Assembly: GCA_913043255.1 (NCBI GenBank)
Contig: CAJWLK010000011.1
Coordinates: 11,170-75,169 of the forward strand
Length of the DNA stretch: 64,000 nt
Direction: 5' to 3'
Source: an uncultured Gemmatimonadota bacterium
GTDB lineage: Bacteria; Gemmatimonadota; Gemmatimonadetes; Palauibacterales; Palauibacteraceae
This document shows, piece by piece, positions 8,102-19,100 of this stretch; the first letter of the stretch is position 1; the number at the start of each line of letters is the position of its first letter. The position numbers and the translations under genes were made by a program. The notes under the pieces were generated by a model. The model did not search any database. It worked only from the letters and a program-made list of their open reading frames with translations, and was not told the DNA's origin.

Positions 8102-11100
8102 ATGGACCATGGGCTGATGATTCAACGTACTAATTGCTCGTTTGTGATCGCGCTTACACTCCTGATCATGGCTTTTCCATTGGCAGATATTGAGGCCCAG
8201 GGTGTCGACGAACACCTCCTCAGCCACCTGACGTGGCGATCGGTTGGCCCTACACGCGGTGGGCGAGTTCTCGGGGTCGCGGGTCACTCTGTTGACAAAC
8301 TTGTGTTCTATCAGGGCAGTGCTGGTGGGGGCGTTTGGAAGACAGAAGATGCGGGCGCCAACTGGAAGAACGTATCAGATGGGTTCTTTCGAACTGGTTC
8401 AGTGGGGGCCGTTGAGGTCGCTCGTTCTCGGCCGGATGTCGTTTACGTAGGTATGGGAGAAGCGTGCATCCGTGGTAATGCATCGCACGGTGACGGGGTA
8501 TACCGCACGGATGATGGTGGTGTGACGTGGCGACACCTGGGGCTTGAGTCTACAAGACAAATTGGACGGATAAGAGTGCACCCACTTGACCCCGACATCG
8601 CATGGGTTGCTGCGCTAGGCGATGCGTGGGGTCCCAGTGAAGCTCGCGGCGTTTACCGAACCCGTGACGGTGGCGCTACATGGGATAAGGTTTTGTATCG
8701 AGATGAAAATACAGGTGCGATCGATCTTGTTCTTGACCCGAAGAATCCTGACATAATCTATGCTTCTATGTTGGAATTGCGTCGCTTTCCTTGGGGATTT
8801 CGGAGTGCTGGACCCGGTACGAGCCTATTTAAAAGTATCGATGGGGGTGACACCTGGACCGAACTCACAGACAATCCCGGTATGCCGGCAGGACTCAAAG
8901 GGCGCATTGGCGTTACAGTTTCCCCCGTTCAGTCGAACCGGGTATGGGCGATCGTCGATGCGACTCTCGGCGAAAAGGGAATATTCCGATCGGATGATGG
9001 TGGCGACACATGGGTGCGTGTGAATGACGACGCAAACCTTCTTCAGCGACCTTGGTACTACCACCATATCGTGGCTGACCCTAGCGATGAGAATACCGTT
9101 TTTGTTCTCAATGTCTTTCTGTGGAAGTCAACCGATGGTGGAGAGACGTTCTCACAGGTTTTTACGCCGCACCCGGACCACCACGATCTGTGGATTGATC
9201 CTGAAGACCCCATGCGCATGATCAACGGTAGTGATGGTGGGGCAAGTGTAAGCTTCGACGGAGGACTCTCTTGGTCGTCTCTACTTAACCAATCGACAGC
9301 TCAAATGTATCACGTTACCACCGACAACCAGGAACCCTATCGCCTGTATGCATCACAACAGGACAATACGACGATCTCAGTGCCTAGCCGATCAGATCTT
9401 GGTCGGATATCGATCGAGGACTGGTATACGGTAGGAGGTGGTGAAGACGGGTACATCGCGATTAATACTGAGGACCCGAACATCGTATACGCCGGCGACC
9501 ACCATTGGGTCTACCGCTACGACCACCGTAGCAAGCAAGTGCGCGACATTTCCCCCAATCCGGAGACGCACTACGGGTGGGGGTCTGCAGACATCAACTA
9601 CCGATTCTGGTGGACGTACCCGGTGATGACGTCGCCACACGACCCGGACGCCCTCTACGTTACATCGCAATTTGTCCATCGATCGCAGGACGAAGGGCAG
9701 AGTTGGCAGGTGATTAGCCCTGATCTAACACGTGCGGATCCATCGACCCTTGAATCAACCCCGGAATATGGACAAGAGAACACAGGTGTCTATTGGGGAC
9801 CCATCACGCGTGAGGCATACGGCCCAGAATGGTATGCCACCATTTTCGCCTTTGCAGAATCCCCCATTAGCTCTGGCCTCCTTTGGGCGGGCTCCGATGA
9901 TGGATATATCCACGTATCAATGGATGCTGGGCGCAGTTGGGAAAATGTAACAATACCAGACCTTCCTGAGTTCGCGATGATATCGATTATTGAAGCATCG
10001 CAGCACGATCCAGGGACTGCCTATGTGGCTGCAACCCGATATAAACTTTCCGACCACCGACCGTACTTATACCGGACAAAGGACTTTGGTCGTACGTGGA
10101 CGAAGATCACAAATGGGATCCCGACGGACGATTTCACCCGCGTGATTCGAGAGGATCCAGACAGGGCGGGGCTTCTCTACGCGGGAACCGAGCGCAGTGT
10201 ATACGTGTCGTTTGATGAGGGTGACAGTTGGCAATCACTCGCCCTGAATCTGCCCGTTGTTCCGATCCATGACCTAGTAGTGAGTCATGGAGACTTGATA
10301 GCGGCTACACATGGCAGATCTTTTTGGATACTCGACAATGCCGCACTTCTTCAACAACTATCGTCTGTTGAGATCACAGACCACCATCTTTTCAACCCTC
10401 GATCGACGACACGGTTCAACCCGGGGGCATCACCGGCTGCATTGTTCTCTGCTATGGGTCGCCCTGGGGCAGGAGATCCGGCGGGCGCCAATCCGCCTGA
10501 CGGGGTTGTGATTCCATATTATTTGGCACACAAACCCCAAGGGGATTTGACACTTAGAATCCTTGAGGAGGGGCGTATCATTCGGGAGTTCATCAGTGCT
10601 TCTGAAAGACCATCTCCAAGTGGGGGATGCCCATGGATGGGTCCAAGTAGTGGAGTCCTCGGAGGTGTTGGAGCACAAGATCGCCCATCGATCCAACTGG
10701 GTGCGAACACCTTCGTTTGGGATCTCCGTGTAGCGCCGGCTAGGGTACTTGAAAACGCAGTGTTCCAGGGGCGATCGGATGGTCCTCGTGTTCCGCCGGG
10801 AAGTTACACGGTCCAACTCGCAGTGGATGGACGCACATGGTCCCAGCCGTTCACTGTAGTACGGGATCCGCGCGTCAAATATACTGACGAACAACTGCGA
10901 GAGCAGTTCGATTTTCTTGTCGCCGTGCGGGATCGTCTTACTGAGACTATGGATCTTGTAAGTCAGATTCGTCGCATGCGGTCCGAAGCTGAGCGCGCGG
11001 TTGAACAGGGTGGGGGTGGCGAGGAACTGCAAGAGTCACTCACTAAACTTAACACTGATCTGTATAGAGTCGAGGAGCGTTTGGTGCAGTACCGAGCGCG

Positions 11101-11308
11101 GGCCGGCCAGGATTTGATCGCCCAACCAACTGCCATCGATAGTAAACTAGCTCGGCTTATGTCATTTGCTTCGATGGCAGATGCGCCGCCAACCGAAGGG
11201 CAACAACAGTTACTCGATCGACTTATCCTTGGCATCGAGGAGCGGGCCGCGGCTTTGGATGAGATAGCAAACACCACATACGCCGAACTGGTTCGACTGG
11301 TACCATGA
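8102..11308 (+). CDS. Secreted VPS10/sortilin-like BNR-repeat protein (often annotated glycosyl hydrolase)
   Basis: Signal peptide, WRSVGPTRGGR, many S/TxDGGxTW Asp-box repeats, ATHGRSFWILD, C-terminal helical region. Confidence 0.85.
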   Translation: MDHGLMIQRTNCSFVIALTLLIMAFPLADIEAQGVDEHLLSHLTWRSVGPTRGGRVLGVAGHSVDKLVFYQGSAGGGVWKTEDAGANWKNVSDGFFRTGSVGAVEVARSRPDVVYVGMGEACIRGNASHGDGVYRTDDGGVTWRHLGLESTRQIGRIRVHPLDPDIAWVAALGDAWGPSEARGVYRTRDGGATWDKVLYRDENTGAIDLVLDPKNPDIIYASMLELRRFPWGFRSAGPGTSLFKSIDGGDTWTELTDNPGMPAGLKGRIGVTVSPVQSNRVWAIVDATLGEKGIFRSDDGGDTWVRVNDDANLLQRPWYYHHIVADPSDENTVFVLNVFLWKSTDGGETFSQVFTPHPDHHDLWIDPEDPMRMINGSDGGASVSFDGGLSWSSLLNQSTAQMYHVTTDNQEPYRLYASQQDNTTISVPSRSDLGRISIEDWYTVGGGEDGYIAINTEDPNIVYAGDHHWVYRYDHRSKQVRDISPNPETHYGWGSADINYRFWWTYPVMTSPHDPDALYVTSQFVHRSQDEGQSWQVISPDLTRADPSTLESTPEYGQENTGVYWGPITREAYGPEWYATIFAFAESPISSGLLWAGSDDGYIHVSMDAGRSWENVTIPDLPEFAMISIIEASQHDPGTAYVAATRYKLSDHRPYLYRTKDFGRTWTKITNGIPTDDFTRVIREDPDRAGLLYAGTERSVYVSFDEGDSWQSLALNLPVVPIHDLVVSHGDLIAATHGRSFWILDNAALLQQLSSVEITDHHLFNPRSTTRFNPGASPAALFSAMGRPGAGDPAGANPPDGVVIPYYLAHKPQGDLTLRILEEGRIIREFISASERPSPSGGCPWMGPSSGVLGGVGAQDRPSIQLGANTFVWDLRVAPARVLENAVFQGRSDGPRVPPGSYTVQLAVDGRTWSQPFTVVRDPRVKYTDEQLREQFDFLVAVRDRLTETMDLVSQIRRMRSEAERAVEQGGGGEELQESLTKLNTDLYRVEERLVQYRARAGQDLIAQPTAIDSKLARLMSFASMADAPPTEGQQQLLDRLILGIEERAAALDEIANTTYAELVRLVP

Positions 11309-11444
11309 CTAACGTGTTCCGAAGTGTGTTGTTGAGGCTAGTGTTTCCTCCGCTGCTTGAGGTCACTTGCCCGCGTGCAGTTAGCTAGATTAGAGTCGGA
11401 GTTCGAATGGTCATGAGCAGCCGAAAATCAAAGCTGGCAAACTT

Positions 11445-11849
11445 ATGTCATTAAAACCTGTTCTCACGGGACTCATTGTTGTGTTGGGAGTGTCGCTACT
11501 CTTTGGGATCCTGGCTCCAGGTCGTGCGACGGCGAACGCGCCACATCTTTCCTTGGCCGAATCATGGCCGAAAGCAGATGAGGAACTGGCGGAGTCGCCC
11601 GAGGAAGTGCGACTCCGATTTACTGAAGCCCCGCAGATGAACGGGACGTCCCTCCGTCTTCGCCCCATGGACGCCGACCCACTCGATATCGGAAAAACAA
11701 TAGCTACGGCAGAAGACGACAAGATCGTTGTCGCCTCAATTCCGATGCGTCTTGAGTACGGAACCTATGAGGTTTTATGGCGGGCTATGGCGCGGGATGG
11801 TCACGTCGTACGCGGCGACTTTCAGTTTGAGTTTCGAGTTGAAAGATGA
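11445..11849 (+). CDS. copC: Periplasmic copper-binding protein CopC
   Basis: Signal peptide then H.L..S.P, LRFTE, GTYEVLWRAMARDGHVVRG (DGH motif). Confidence 0.88.
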   Translation: MSLKPVLTGLIVVLGVSLLFGILAPGRATANAPHLSLAESWPKADEELAESPEEVRLRFTEAPQMNGTSLRLRPMDADPLDIGKTIATAEDDKIVVASIPMRLEYGTYEVLWRAMARDGHVVRGDFQFEFRVER

Positions 11850-11892
11850 GCTTGACGCGGTCGTCTCTCTCCTGTAGCTGAGGACTGTCGCC

Positions 11893-12825
11893 ATGTGGTA
11901 TGTGCTTGGTATCCTCTCGAGATGGTTGCTTTTTTCTGGTATCCTGACCGCTGTAGGATCACTTGTATTTCGTGGCCTTATCCTCCCAAAACACCCGCTG
12001 AGTACCCGGTCGCCCGATGATCCGGATTCCTACGATGTCGTGGTAGGTGCCGCCCACTTTGGAGTCTTTGCGATCTGCCTGTTACTTATAGGATCATTGG
12101 GACGACTCGCGGCCCAGTTCGCGGTATTTCGCGACCCCTACGCGTCATTGACAAGTGAGCTTTCGCTATTGGTAGGGAGCACCACGTGGGGACAAGCATG
12201 GGCCTGGCAAGCTGTTTTCGGCATCATTGCCTTGTTCGCCTTCATCGCGGCAGGAAATCGTAGCAAAAAATTTTCATCCACACTCTGGATTCTAGCAGGA
12301 TTGGCCGTGTTTGTGCTTGCGCTCACTCCTGCTTTTTCCGGCCACGCTTATGGGTCAGAGCGCTGGACGGTTGCTCTCGTGATTGGAGATTTTGTACATG
12401 TGATGGCTGCGGGCGTGTGGCTTGGAACACTGTTTGTAATAACGGGCACAGTTGTGGTTGCCAAAGGGCGCGGCGGCCACGTTCCGAAAGCTGACCTCAT
12501 CGGGTGGATCGCGTCTTTCTCGCCACTGGCTTTGGCTTCTGCCGCCGCTATTGGTGTTACGGGGCTTCTCGCCTCATGGGTCCATGTGGATCAAATATCG
12601 TCGATGTGGACTTCACCTTACGGTCAGCGTTTGAGTCTAAAATTAGCGGTGTTACTCATTGTGCTCGGTTTCGGTGCGTTTCATTGGAAGCGAGCACAGG
12701 ACCGCGTGCAAGCATCGCATGGATCCGGTCGACTGCCTTTGACCGTGGCTATTGAACTGGTTGGAGGGTTGGCAATTCTTTTTGTAACGGCGGTCCTGGT
12801 GGCGACCCCGATGCCAGGGGAATAA
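11893..12825 (+). CDS. copD: Copper transport membrane protein CopD
   Basis: About 8 TM helices; SGHA, HVMAAGVWLG, FSPLA, SPYGQRLSLK motifs; follows copC. Confidence 0.85.
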   Translation: MWYVLGILSRWLLFSGILTAVGSLVFRGLILPKHPLSTRSPDDPDSYDVVVGAAHFGVFAICLLLIGSLGRLAAQFAVFRDPYASLTSELSLLVGSTTWGQAWAWQAVFGIIALFAFIAAGNRSKKFSSTLWILAGLAVFVLALTPAFSGHAYGSERWTVALVIGDFVHVMAAGVWLGTLFVITGTVVVAKGRGGHVPKADLIGWIASFSPLALASAAAIGVTGLLASWVHVDQISSMWTSPYGQRLSLKLAVLLIVLGFGAFHWKRAQDRVQASHGSGRLPLTVAIELVGGLAILFVTAVLVATPMPGE

Positions 12826-12868
12826 GAAACGTTAGATCTCGGTCCGGAGTCGCCGGGGTGACGGTGGT

Positions 12869-13657
12869 TTAGCGGTCTTTTGTAGTAATCACGATTGCAC
12901 CAATCCAGCCATCACCCCCATACCGTGCGCTCGCCTCGGAGCGAGACAAGATGTCAATTCTTTGGACCTCGTCGATCGACAGCCCTCGAACAACCGAGAC
13001 GCCATCGCCTTGCGGTCGTTCATTGACTAGGACCTGGACCGTGGTGAAGCGGCCGTTATTAAGGCTTGTAGAGACCACGTGGTCGAACAAGATGACTTCA
13101 CCCATCCCGGTGAACCGGTCGAAGCGAATTCGTTGATGCTGCCGCAAGAGCTGGTATACGCTCATTTCAGGAAGGTAGACGAGATCTTCTGCCCGAATGA
13201 CATCAGCGCTAAACGCACGTCCCGACCCACCTCCTGCGAGCGATCCGACTTCTTTATCAAATTCTTCTTCTTCGTTGTCCGCAGTGAGAGATAAGTTAAG
13301 GTCTTGCTGAGCTAGGATTGCGGAAGTCGTGTATGGCACAGCTGACCCTCGTCGGTCACCGAAGGAGGCGCGCAGTGAAACTTCACTCTCTTGTGGAAGC
13401 CCGCAGAGAATGAAGAGTCCTTCTAGGTTGGCATCCGCTACGATGCGGCGCCGTGCTCCGTCTTGAACCCAACTTGCTGCAACAGAAACACCTGGCACCC
13501 CTGTGTTAAGATCTGGATCGGTAACATAGCCAACCACAGCGGCGTCAGTCTCCTCGTTGCCATCAGGACAGAAGTCCGTAAAATCTTGAGCTACAGCTAA
13601 GGATGGAGTCCCCAAAAAGACCGCTGTTAAAATGAATCGCACATTTGAATACAGCAT
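12869..13657 (-). CDS. Secreted carboxypeptidase-regulatory-like domain plus TonB-dependent receptor plug-like domain, no beta-barrel
   Basis: Likely start ATG 13657 (AGAGG upstream); signal peptide; VVGYVTD...GVPGVSV...GLFILCGLP; C-terminal IDEVQRIDILSRSEASARYGGDGWIGAIVITTK plug signature. Confidence 0.7.
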   Translation of the reverse strand: MLYSNVRFILTAVFLGTPSLAVAQDFTDFCPDGNEETDAAVVGYVTDPDLNTGVPGVSVAASWVQDGARRRIVADANLEGLFILCGLPQESEVSLRASFGDRRGSAVPYTTSAILAQQDLNLSLTADNEEEEFDKEVGSLAGGGSGRAFSADVIRAEDLVYLPEMSVYQLLRQHQRIRFDRFTGMGEVILFDHVVSTSLNNGRFTTVQVLVNERPQGDGVSVVRGLSIDEVQRIDILSRSEASARYGGDGWIGAIVITTKDR

Positions 13658-13809
13658 GCGTACCTCTCGGATTGGAATCGCAGACGCGGTCAGGCGTGTC
13701 TTTTTTGCCTGTGCCACTTTCAAACTATTATACAATATATGAAAAAGTCGCTGACGCGGCTGCACTCTAACGCGGCTGGTTTCCAGCCTTCGATTTCAAG
13801 GCATCATCA

Positions 13810-15243
13810 ATGACTCTTCATGAAGATGATCCTAGACCGGCCAGCACTCCTGCGCAGGTCGACAACGCGTCTGTTGGTGTGGGAAGGCGTGGATTCGTTC
13901 GTAAGGCGGGGTTTTATGCCGGGGCAACAGTTTTGGCCCCGTCCCTTTCGGGACTCCTGGCGTGTGGGCAGCCTTCTTGGACGAATAGACAGAGTAGGAG
14001 TGTCGCTGGGTATGGTCCGCTCGTCGAGGTCGGTCCCGAGATTGCCCTGCCTGCGGGGTTTCGCTACACGGTTTTGAGTGTAGAAGGGCAATTGATGTCA
14101 GACGGGGCCCTGACACCTCGTGCACATGATGGTATGGCGGTCTTTCCGCGAACAGATCGCGTGATTCGATTGGTGAGAAATCACGAGGATTCTAACTTGC
14201 CAGGTCGAACTCCACCCCTAGTGAGTCCTGACCTGGCGTACGACCCTCTCGCCGGTGGGGGCACGACTACCCTCGACGTGAGAATTGGCTCTGATGGCTG
14301 CCCAACGCTCGAACGAGATTTTGTCAGCCTCGGTGGTACGTTTATCAATTGCGCAGGTGGTCCTACTCCCTGGGGCAGCTGGCTCAGTTGTGAGGAGTCT
14401 GCGCAGGGAACACCGCGGGGTTGGACCGTTCCGCATGGATACATATTCGAAGTTCGTGTCGATGCGGATGCTCCAGAAAAAGCTGTTCCCCTTCGAGCCA
14501 TGGGCCGCTTCGCGCACGAGGCTATAGCGGTAGATTCGCGCACCGGATTTGTCTATGAAACGGAAGATTTTGATCGTCACCGCCGCTCTGGTTTTTACCG
14601 TTTTCAACCAGAAACCCCTGGTGTTCTTTCGGAAGGTGGGCTTTTGGAGATGATGGCTGTAAAAGGACGCCCACAGGTAGATATGCGGTCCAATCAACGG
14701 GTGGGTGAGTGGCTCGATGTCGAATGGCTTCCTATACGTGATCCCGACCCGGTCGAGGCCGATCACGAACCTTCCGCCGTCTTCTTTCAGGGATATACTA
14801 ACGGCGCTGCGCGATTCTCTCGACTCGAAGGATGTTGGTTTGATGACGATAGCGTCTACTTCCATGATTCGACCGGGGGCGACGCCGAGTTGGGTCAAGT
14901 ATGGCGCTACGTGCCCGAGTCGGAAGCGCTCGTGCTTGTGTTTGAATCCCCTTCTGTAGATGTACTCAACCGGCCGGACAATATCACCGTGAGCCCGCGT
15001 GGTGGAATCTTGATCTGCGAGGACAACTCAGGTGTGACATACATGCGCGGCCTAACTCCGGATGGAGAAATCTTCCCGTTCGCTCAGAATGTGCTCAATA
15101 ACAGGGAATTCGCCGGTGCATGTTTCAGCCCTGATGGTCAGACACTGTTTGTGAATATTCAGGGGGATCTGGATTTGGATGATCCCGGAAACCTCAGTTA
15201 CACCTTGGGTATATGGGGCCCTTGGGAGGAAGGTGTCTTATGA
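13810..15243 (+). CDS. phoX: PhoX-family (DUF839) alkaline phosphatase, Tat-exported
   Basis: Twin-arginine GRRGFV; HDGM, LVRNHE, NCAGGPTPWGSWLSCEE, GRFAHEA, RLEG, PDNI, EFAGACFSPDG motifs. Confidence 0.85.
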   Translation: MTLHEDDPRPASTPAQVDNASVGVGRRGFVRKAGFYAGATVLAPSLSGLLACGQPSWTNRQSRSVAGYGPLVEVGPEIALPAGFRYTVLSVEGQLMSDGALTPRAHDGMAVFPRTDRVIRLVRNHEDSNLPGRTPPLVSPDLAYDPLAGGGTTTLDVRIGSDGCPTLERDFVSLGGTFINCAGGPTPWGSWLSCEESAQGTPRGWTVPHGYIFEVRVDADAPEKAVPLRAMGRFAHEAIAVDSRTGFVYETEDFDRHRRSGFYRFQPETPGVLSEGGLLEMMAVKGRPQVDMRSNQRVGEWLDVEWLPIRDPDPVEADHEPSAVFFQGYTNGAARFSRLEGCWFDDDSVYFHDSTGGDAELGQVWRYVPESEALVLVFESPSVDVLNRPDNITVSPRGGILICEDNSGVTYMRGLTPDGEIFPFAQNVLNNREFAGACFSPDGQTLFVNIQGDLDLDDPGNLSYTLGIWGPWEEGVL

Positions 15244-15247
15244 GTGA

Positions 15248-16006
15248 GTGGTTGGACGTGTGACCATTTTTCTGTCTAAACTGTGTCATGAGATTAGCAA
15301 CGTTTTTCAGGGATCGAACTGCTATTTTGCTTCGAAATCCTGGGGTTGCAATGGAAACCTATTACCCGTTCTCGACCGCATTCTCATCATTGTCCTCTGT
15401 CTCACATTCGCTGGTTGTTCGGCCCGTACGGCTTCCGTAGTGCCAGCCGGTTCCCCCAGCACAGACTCTTACCCAATTGGTTGGACCCAGACAGGGGTGG
15501 CCTCTTGGTACGGTGACCCTTTCCACGGCCGGCTAACCGCATCGGGTGAAGTTTATGATATGGATTTAATGACGGCTGCCCACCAAGCCTTGCCGTTTGG
15601 CACCCGTATCCGTGTCGATAATCGCGATAACAACCGATCCATTGAACTTGTGGTAAATGATCGCGGTCCATTTGTGAAGAACCGAATTCTTGATGTCTCG
15701 CGAGCCGGTGCGAGGGCACTGGGCATGATTGGACCCGGGACTGCGCGGGTGTTAATCACAATTCTGAAGCCGGGGGGTGATCTAGTATCAGTTCGTGGTG
15801 GGTGTGTGGTTGTGCAGGTAGCCTCATTTCGCGACCCCGATGCGGCAGAATCGAGGAGGGTTGAAACTGAGCGAGCAGGGTTTGCCTCGCGTGTGGAACA
15901 CAATGATGGGTGGTACCGTGTGGTTGCGGGCCCCTACCGTGAGCCCGAAGAGGCCCGTCGCGCAGCTGACACTCTAGACGGTTTCGTACGTCGATGCTCC
16001 GAGTGA
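15248..16006 (+). CDS. rlpA: RlpA-like lytic transglycosylase lipoprotein with SPOR domain
   Basis: Lipobox FAGC; GVASWYG, TAAH..LPFGT, VNDRGPF, LDVS; C-terminal VQVASF SPOR domain. Start uncertain (see findings). Confidence 0.88.
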   Translation: MVGRVTIFLSKLCHEISNVFQGSNCYFASKSWGCNGNLLPVLDRILIIVLCLTFAGCSARTASVVPAGSPSTDSYPIGWTQTGVASWYGDPFHGRLTASGEVYDMDLMTAAHQALPFGTRIRVDNRDNNRSIELVVNDRGPFVKNRILDVSRAGARALGMIGPGTARVLITILKPGGDLVSVRGGCVVVQVASFRDPDAAESRRVETERAGFASRVEHNDGWYRVVAGPYREPEEARRAADTLDGFVRRCSE

Positions 16007-16190
16007 CGTAAGCGCCATGGGGTCGTCATTATCATATAGTCATGAAGTGAAGTGGAAATAAAAGACATCTTACGTTGCAAAGTACAGACCTGAAGCGTTG
16101 ACTGGACGGATTTGGGTCAGAAGCCATCTGGCGCCCAAGTCCTCTTATAGGAGAGATTGTGTCAACGCATTGCACTATTTGGAGGTTTGG

Positions 16191-19100
16191 ATGTTTCGGA
16201 GAAGCCTGATAGCTGGTTTGCTTGGCATTTTGGGTGCCTCGACAGGGCCGGTGGTCGAGTCGCTTGACGCACAAGCAGGCCAATATTTTGGGCGTAATAA
16301 AGTGGTCTATCAATCCTTCGATTGGGAGGTGTTGAAGACCGAGCATTTCGATGTCTACTACTACGAAGTAGAGGCTGAAGCCGCTCGGAGCCTGGGACGT
16401 CAAGCTGAGCGCTGGTATGCTCGCCTGTCCCGCGTTTTTGACCATGAATTCCGTCAGCGACAGCCTATTGTTCTTTACGCAGACCACTCAGATTTCGAGC
16501 AGACCAATACTTCCGGTCAATTCATCGATGAAGGGACACAGGGTTTCACGGAAATCTTGAAGCGAAGATTGGTGATGCCGATGATGGTCTCGCTTAGTGA
16601 GACTGATCATCTTCTCGGACATGAACTGGTGCATGCGTTTCAGTTCGATATCACGGGGCAGGGGACAGGAGGCCCAAGTCTCGACATACCTGGTGCCATG
16701 CGCTTGCCGCTTTGGTTTATCGAAGGGATGGCGGAATACTTATCGATTGGGCCCATTGACCCGTTCACGACCATGTGGATGCGTGATGCGCTGGATCTAG
16801 AGGATGGGTTCCCCAATATACCTGACCTTAACGATCCGCAGTACTTCCCCTACCGTTATGGACACGCCGTCTGGTCTTATCTTGGTGGCACGTTTGGCGA
16901 TGAGAAGATTGGACAAATTCTCAACCTCGCGGGCCGGACGGGAGATCCGTTTGGTTCGATCGAGATGGTGCTTGAAGTACCGATCAATGATCTCTCCAAC
17001 CGCTGGAGAAACGAAACAGAGTCATACTTTTCCGAGGCGCGGAACGAGACCCAGGGCCCGGATGCATACGGCCGTCGAGTGGTATATGAGCCAGAGGGAG
17101 AGGATGGGATTCTCAATCTTGGGCCCGCCATTAGTCCGGACGGCGACGAAATTATTTACATGTCCGAACGTGATCTGTTCTCGATCGAGATGTTTCTCGC
17201 TGATGCTCGCACCGGAGAAGTGAAGCGTCGTCTTACGAAAAATGTGGTGGACCCGCACTTCGAGAGCCTTCAGTTCGTAAGCTCAGCCGGGGAATGGAAC
17301 CCAGACGGGCGCCATTTCGTTGTGGCGGGGGTGAGTGGTGGGGATGCTGTGATCAGCGTTCTAGATGTTCTAGAGGGCGGGGAAATTGCCCATGAAGTCA
17401 GACTTAACCCGGTCGGCGAAGCCTATACGCCAACTTGGTCTCCGGATGGGACCCGGGTTGCTTTTACGGGCCACCAGAACGGTTATACGGATCTATATAT
17501 CGTAGATTTGGAGACAGAAGAAATTTCCCGACTGACCGCTGATAAATATGCTGATCTACAACCATCGTGGTCGCCGGACGGTCGTTACCTAGCATTCACG
17601 ACAGATCGGTTTACGACTGATCTTGAGTTGTTGGTTGCCGGACCTTATCAGATCGCACTCTACGACCTCGAGACGGGTGATATACAGGCACTTCCAGGGT
17701 TTGATGATCAATTCCGGAACTTCAATCCTCAATGGTCCCCCGAAGGTCAAAACCTCTACTTCGTATCGGACCATGATGGGATCTCGAACCTATATCGGCT
17801 CGATATGGAAACTCGAGAGCTTCATCTGATAACCGATTTATGGACCGGTGTCAGTGGGCTAAGCAGCATTAGTCCAGCGATCTCGGTTGCCAAAGAGACA
17901 GGTGAAGTTGCCTTCAGTGTTAATAAAGGTGGCCCGTTCAGTTACGAAATCTACGTCATTGACGATCCCCAAGTGCTCGTGGGTGAGCCTGCACCGGACA
18001 TGCTTGTACAGGTCGATGCGTCAGTGATTCCACCGGTCGAGCGCGTATCGCTTGACCACCCTCAGATCCTCCAAAATGCCCGATTGGGGTTGGTGGATCC
18101 GATTACATTCGAAGATACTGATTATGAGTCCTCGCTCGGTCTCGACTTTGTGTCAAACCCGACCCTAGCATTTGGGGCCAGCGATTTCGGCACTTTTTTC
18201 GCCGCTGGCGCCAGTGCTTACTGGTCCGACCTGATGGGTAACAAGACCCTGCAGACGCTCCTCAACATTAATACGTCATTCGGCAATATGCTCCAGGGGA
18301 CGGCGGCGCTGGTGGGGTACGAAAACCTGTCGTCGCGCTGGAACTGGGCAGTCATCGGTGGTCAAGTTCCCATGGTGCTGCGACAGTTTGGGTATCAAAC
18401 CGGGACATACCAGGGTCGCCAAGCGGTCGAAATAACCGAGCTTCGCTTCTTTGAGATCAATCGCCAGATTACGGGTATTGTATCCTATCCATTCAATCGA
18501 AACTCAAGGATCGAGTTTTCAGGATCAGCTCGTCAACTTGATTTTGCCGCTAACATTGAGCGGTATGGACAAGATTTTTGGACGGGTGAGTTGTTATATC
18601 AGGAACAGACGGATCTTCCCAGATGTGCGAGCACTGAAATCTTCTTCCAGAGCTGTGCCCCACAAAGTTTACTCTTTGGTACCGCGAGTGCGGCTCTTGT
18701 CTACGATTCATCAATTTATGGAGGAACCAGCCCCATGATGGGTCAACGGTTCCGACTAGAGGTTGAGCCCGCCCTCGGTTCCTTGAATTTCGTCACAATG
18801 CAGGGTGACCTGCGTCGATATTTTAGAATAAAACCCTTCACGCTTGCAGGGCGTGCTCTCCATATCGGGCGCTGGGGTGTTGACGGTTCCGATGGTCGTC
18901 TCGGACGTATGTACCTTGGTATGCCACAGCTCGTGCGAGGTTATCAAAACACCTCCTTTGATGCGCGGGTAGAATGCCAAAGCCCAGCCGCTCAGACAGG
19001 CTTTTTCAACTGTCCTGTAATTGAGCAGCTCATTGGAAGTCGTATCGCGGTTGGGAACATTGAGCTAAGGCTTCCGCTTATAGGTGGAATTGGGGTTATT

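Noticed and set aside
11380..11412. GTTCGAAT resembling a tRNA T-loop
   Set aside because: No T-stem, acceptor stem or cloverleaf could be formed.
14218..14898. 226-aa minus-strand ORF
   Set aside because: Entirely antisense to phoX; explained by codon bias.
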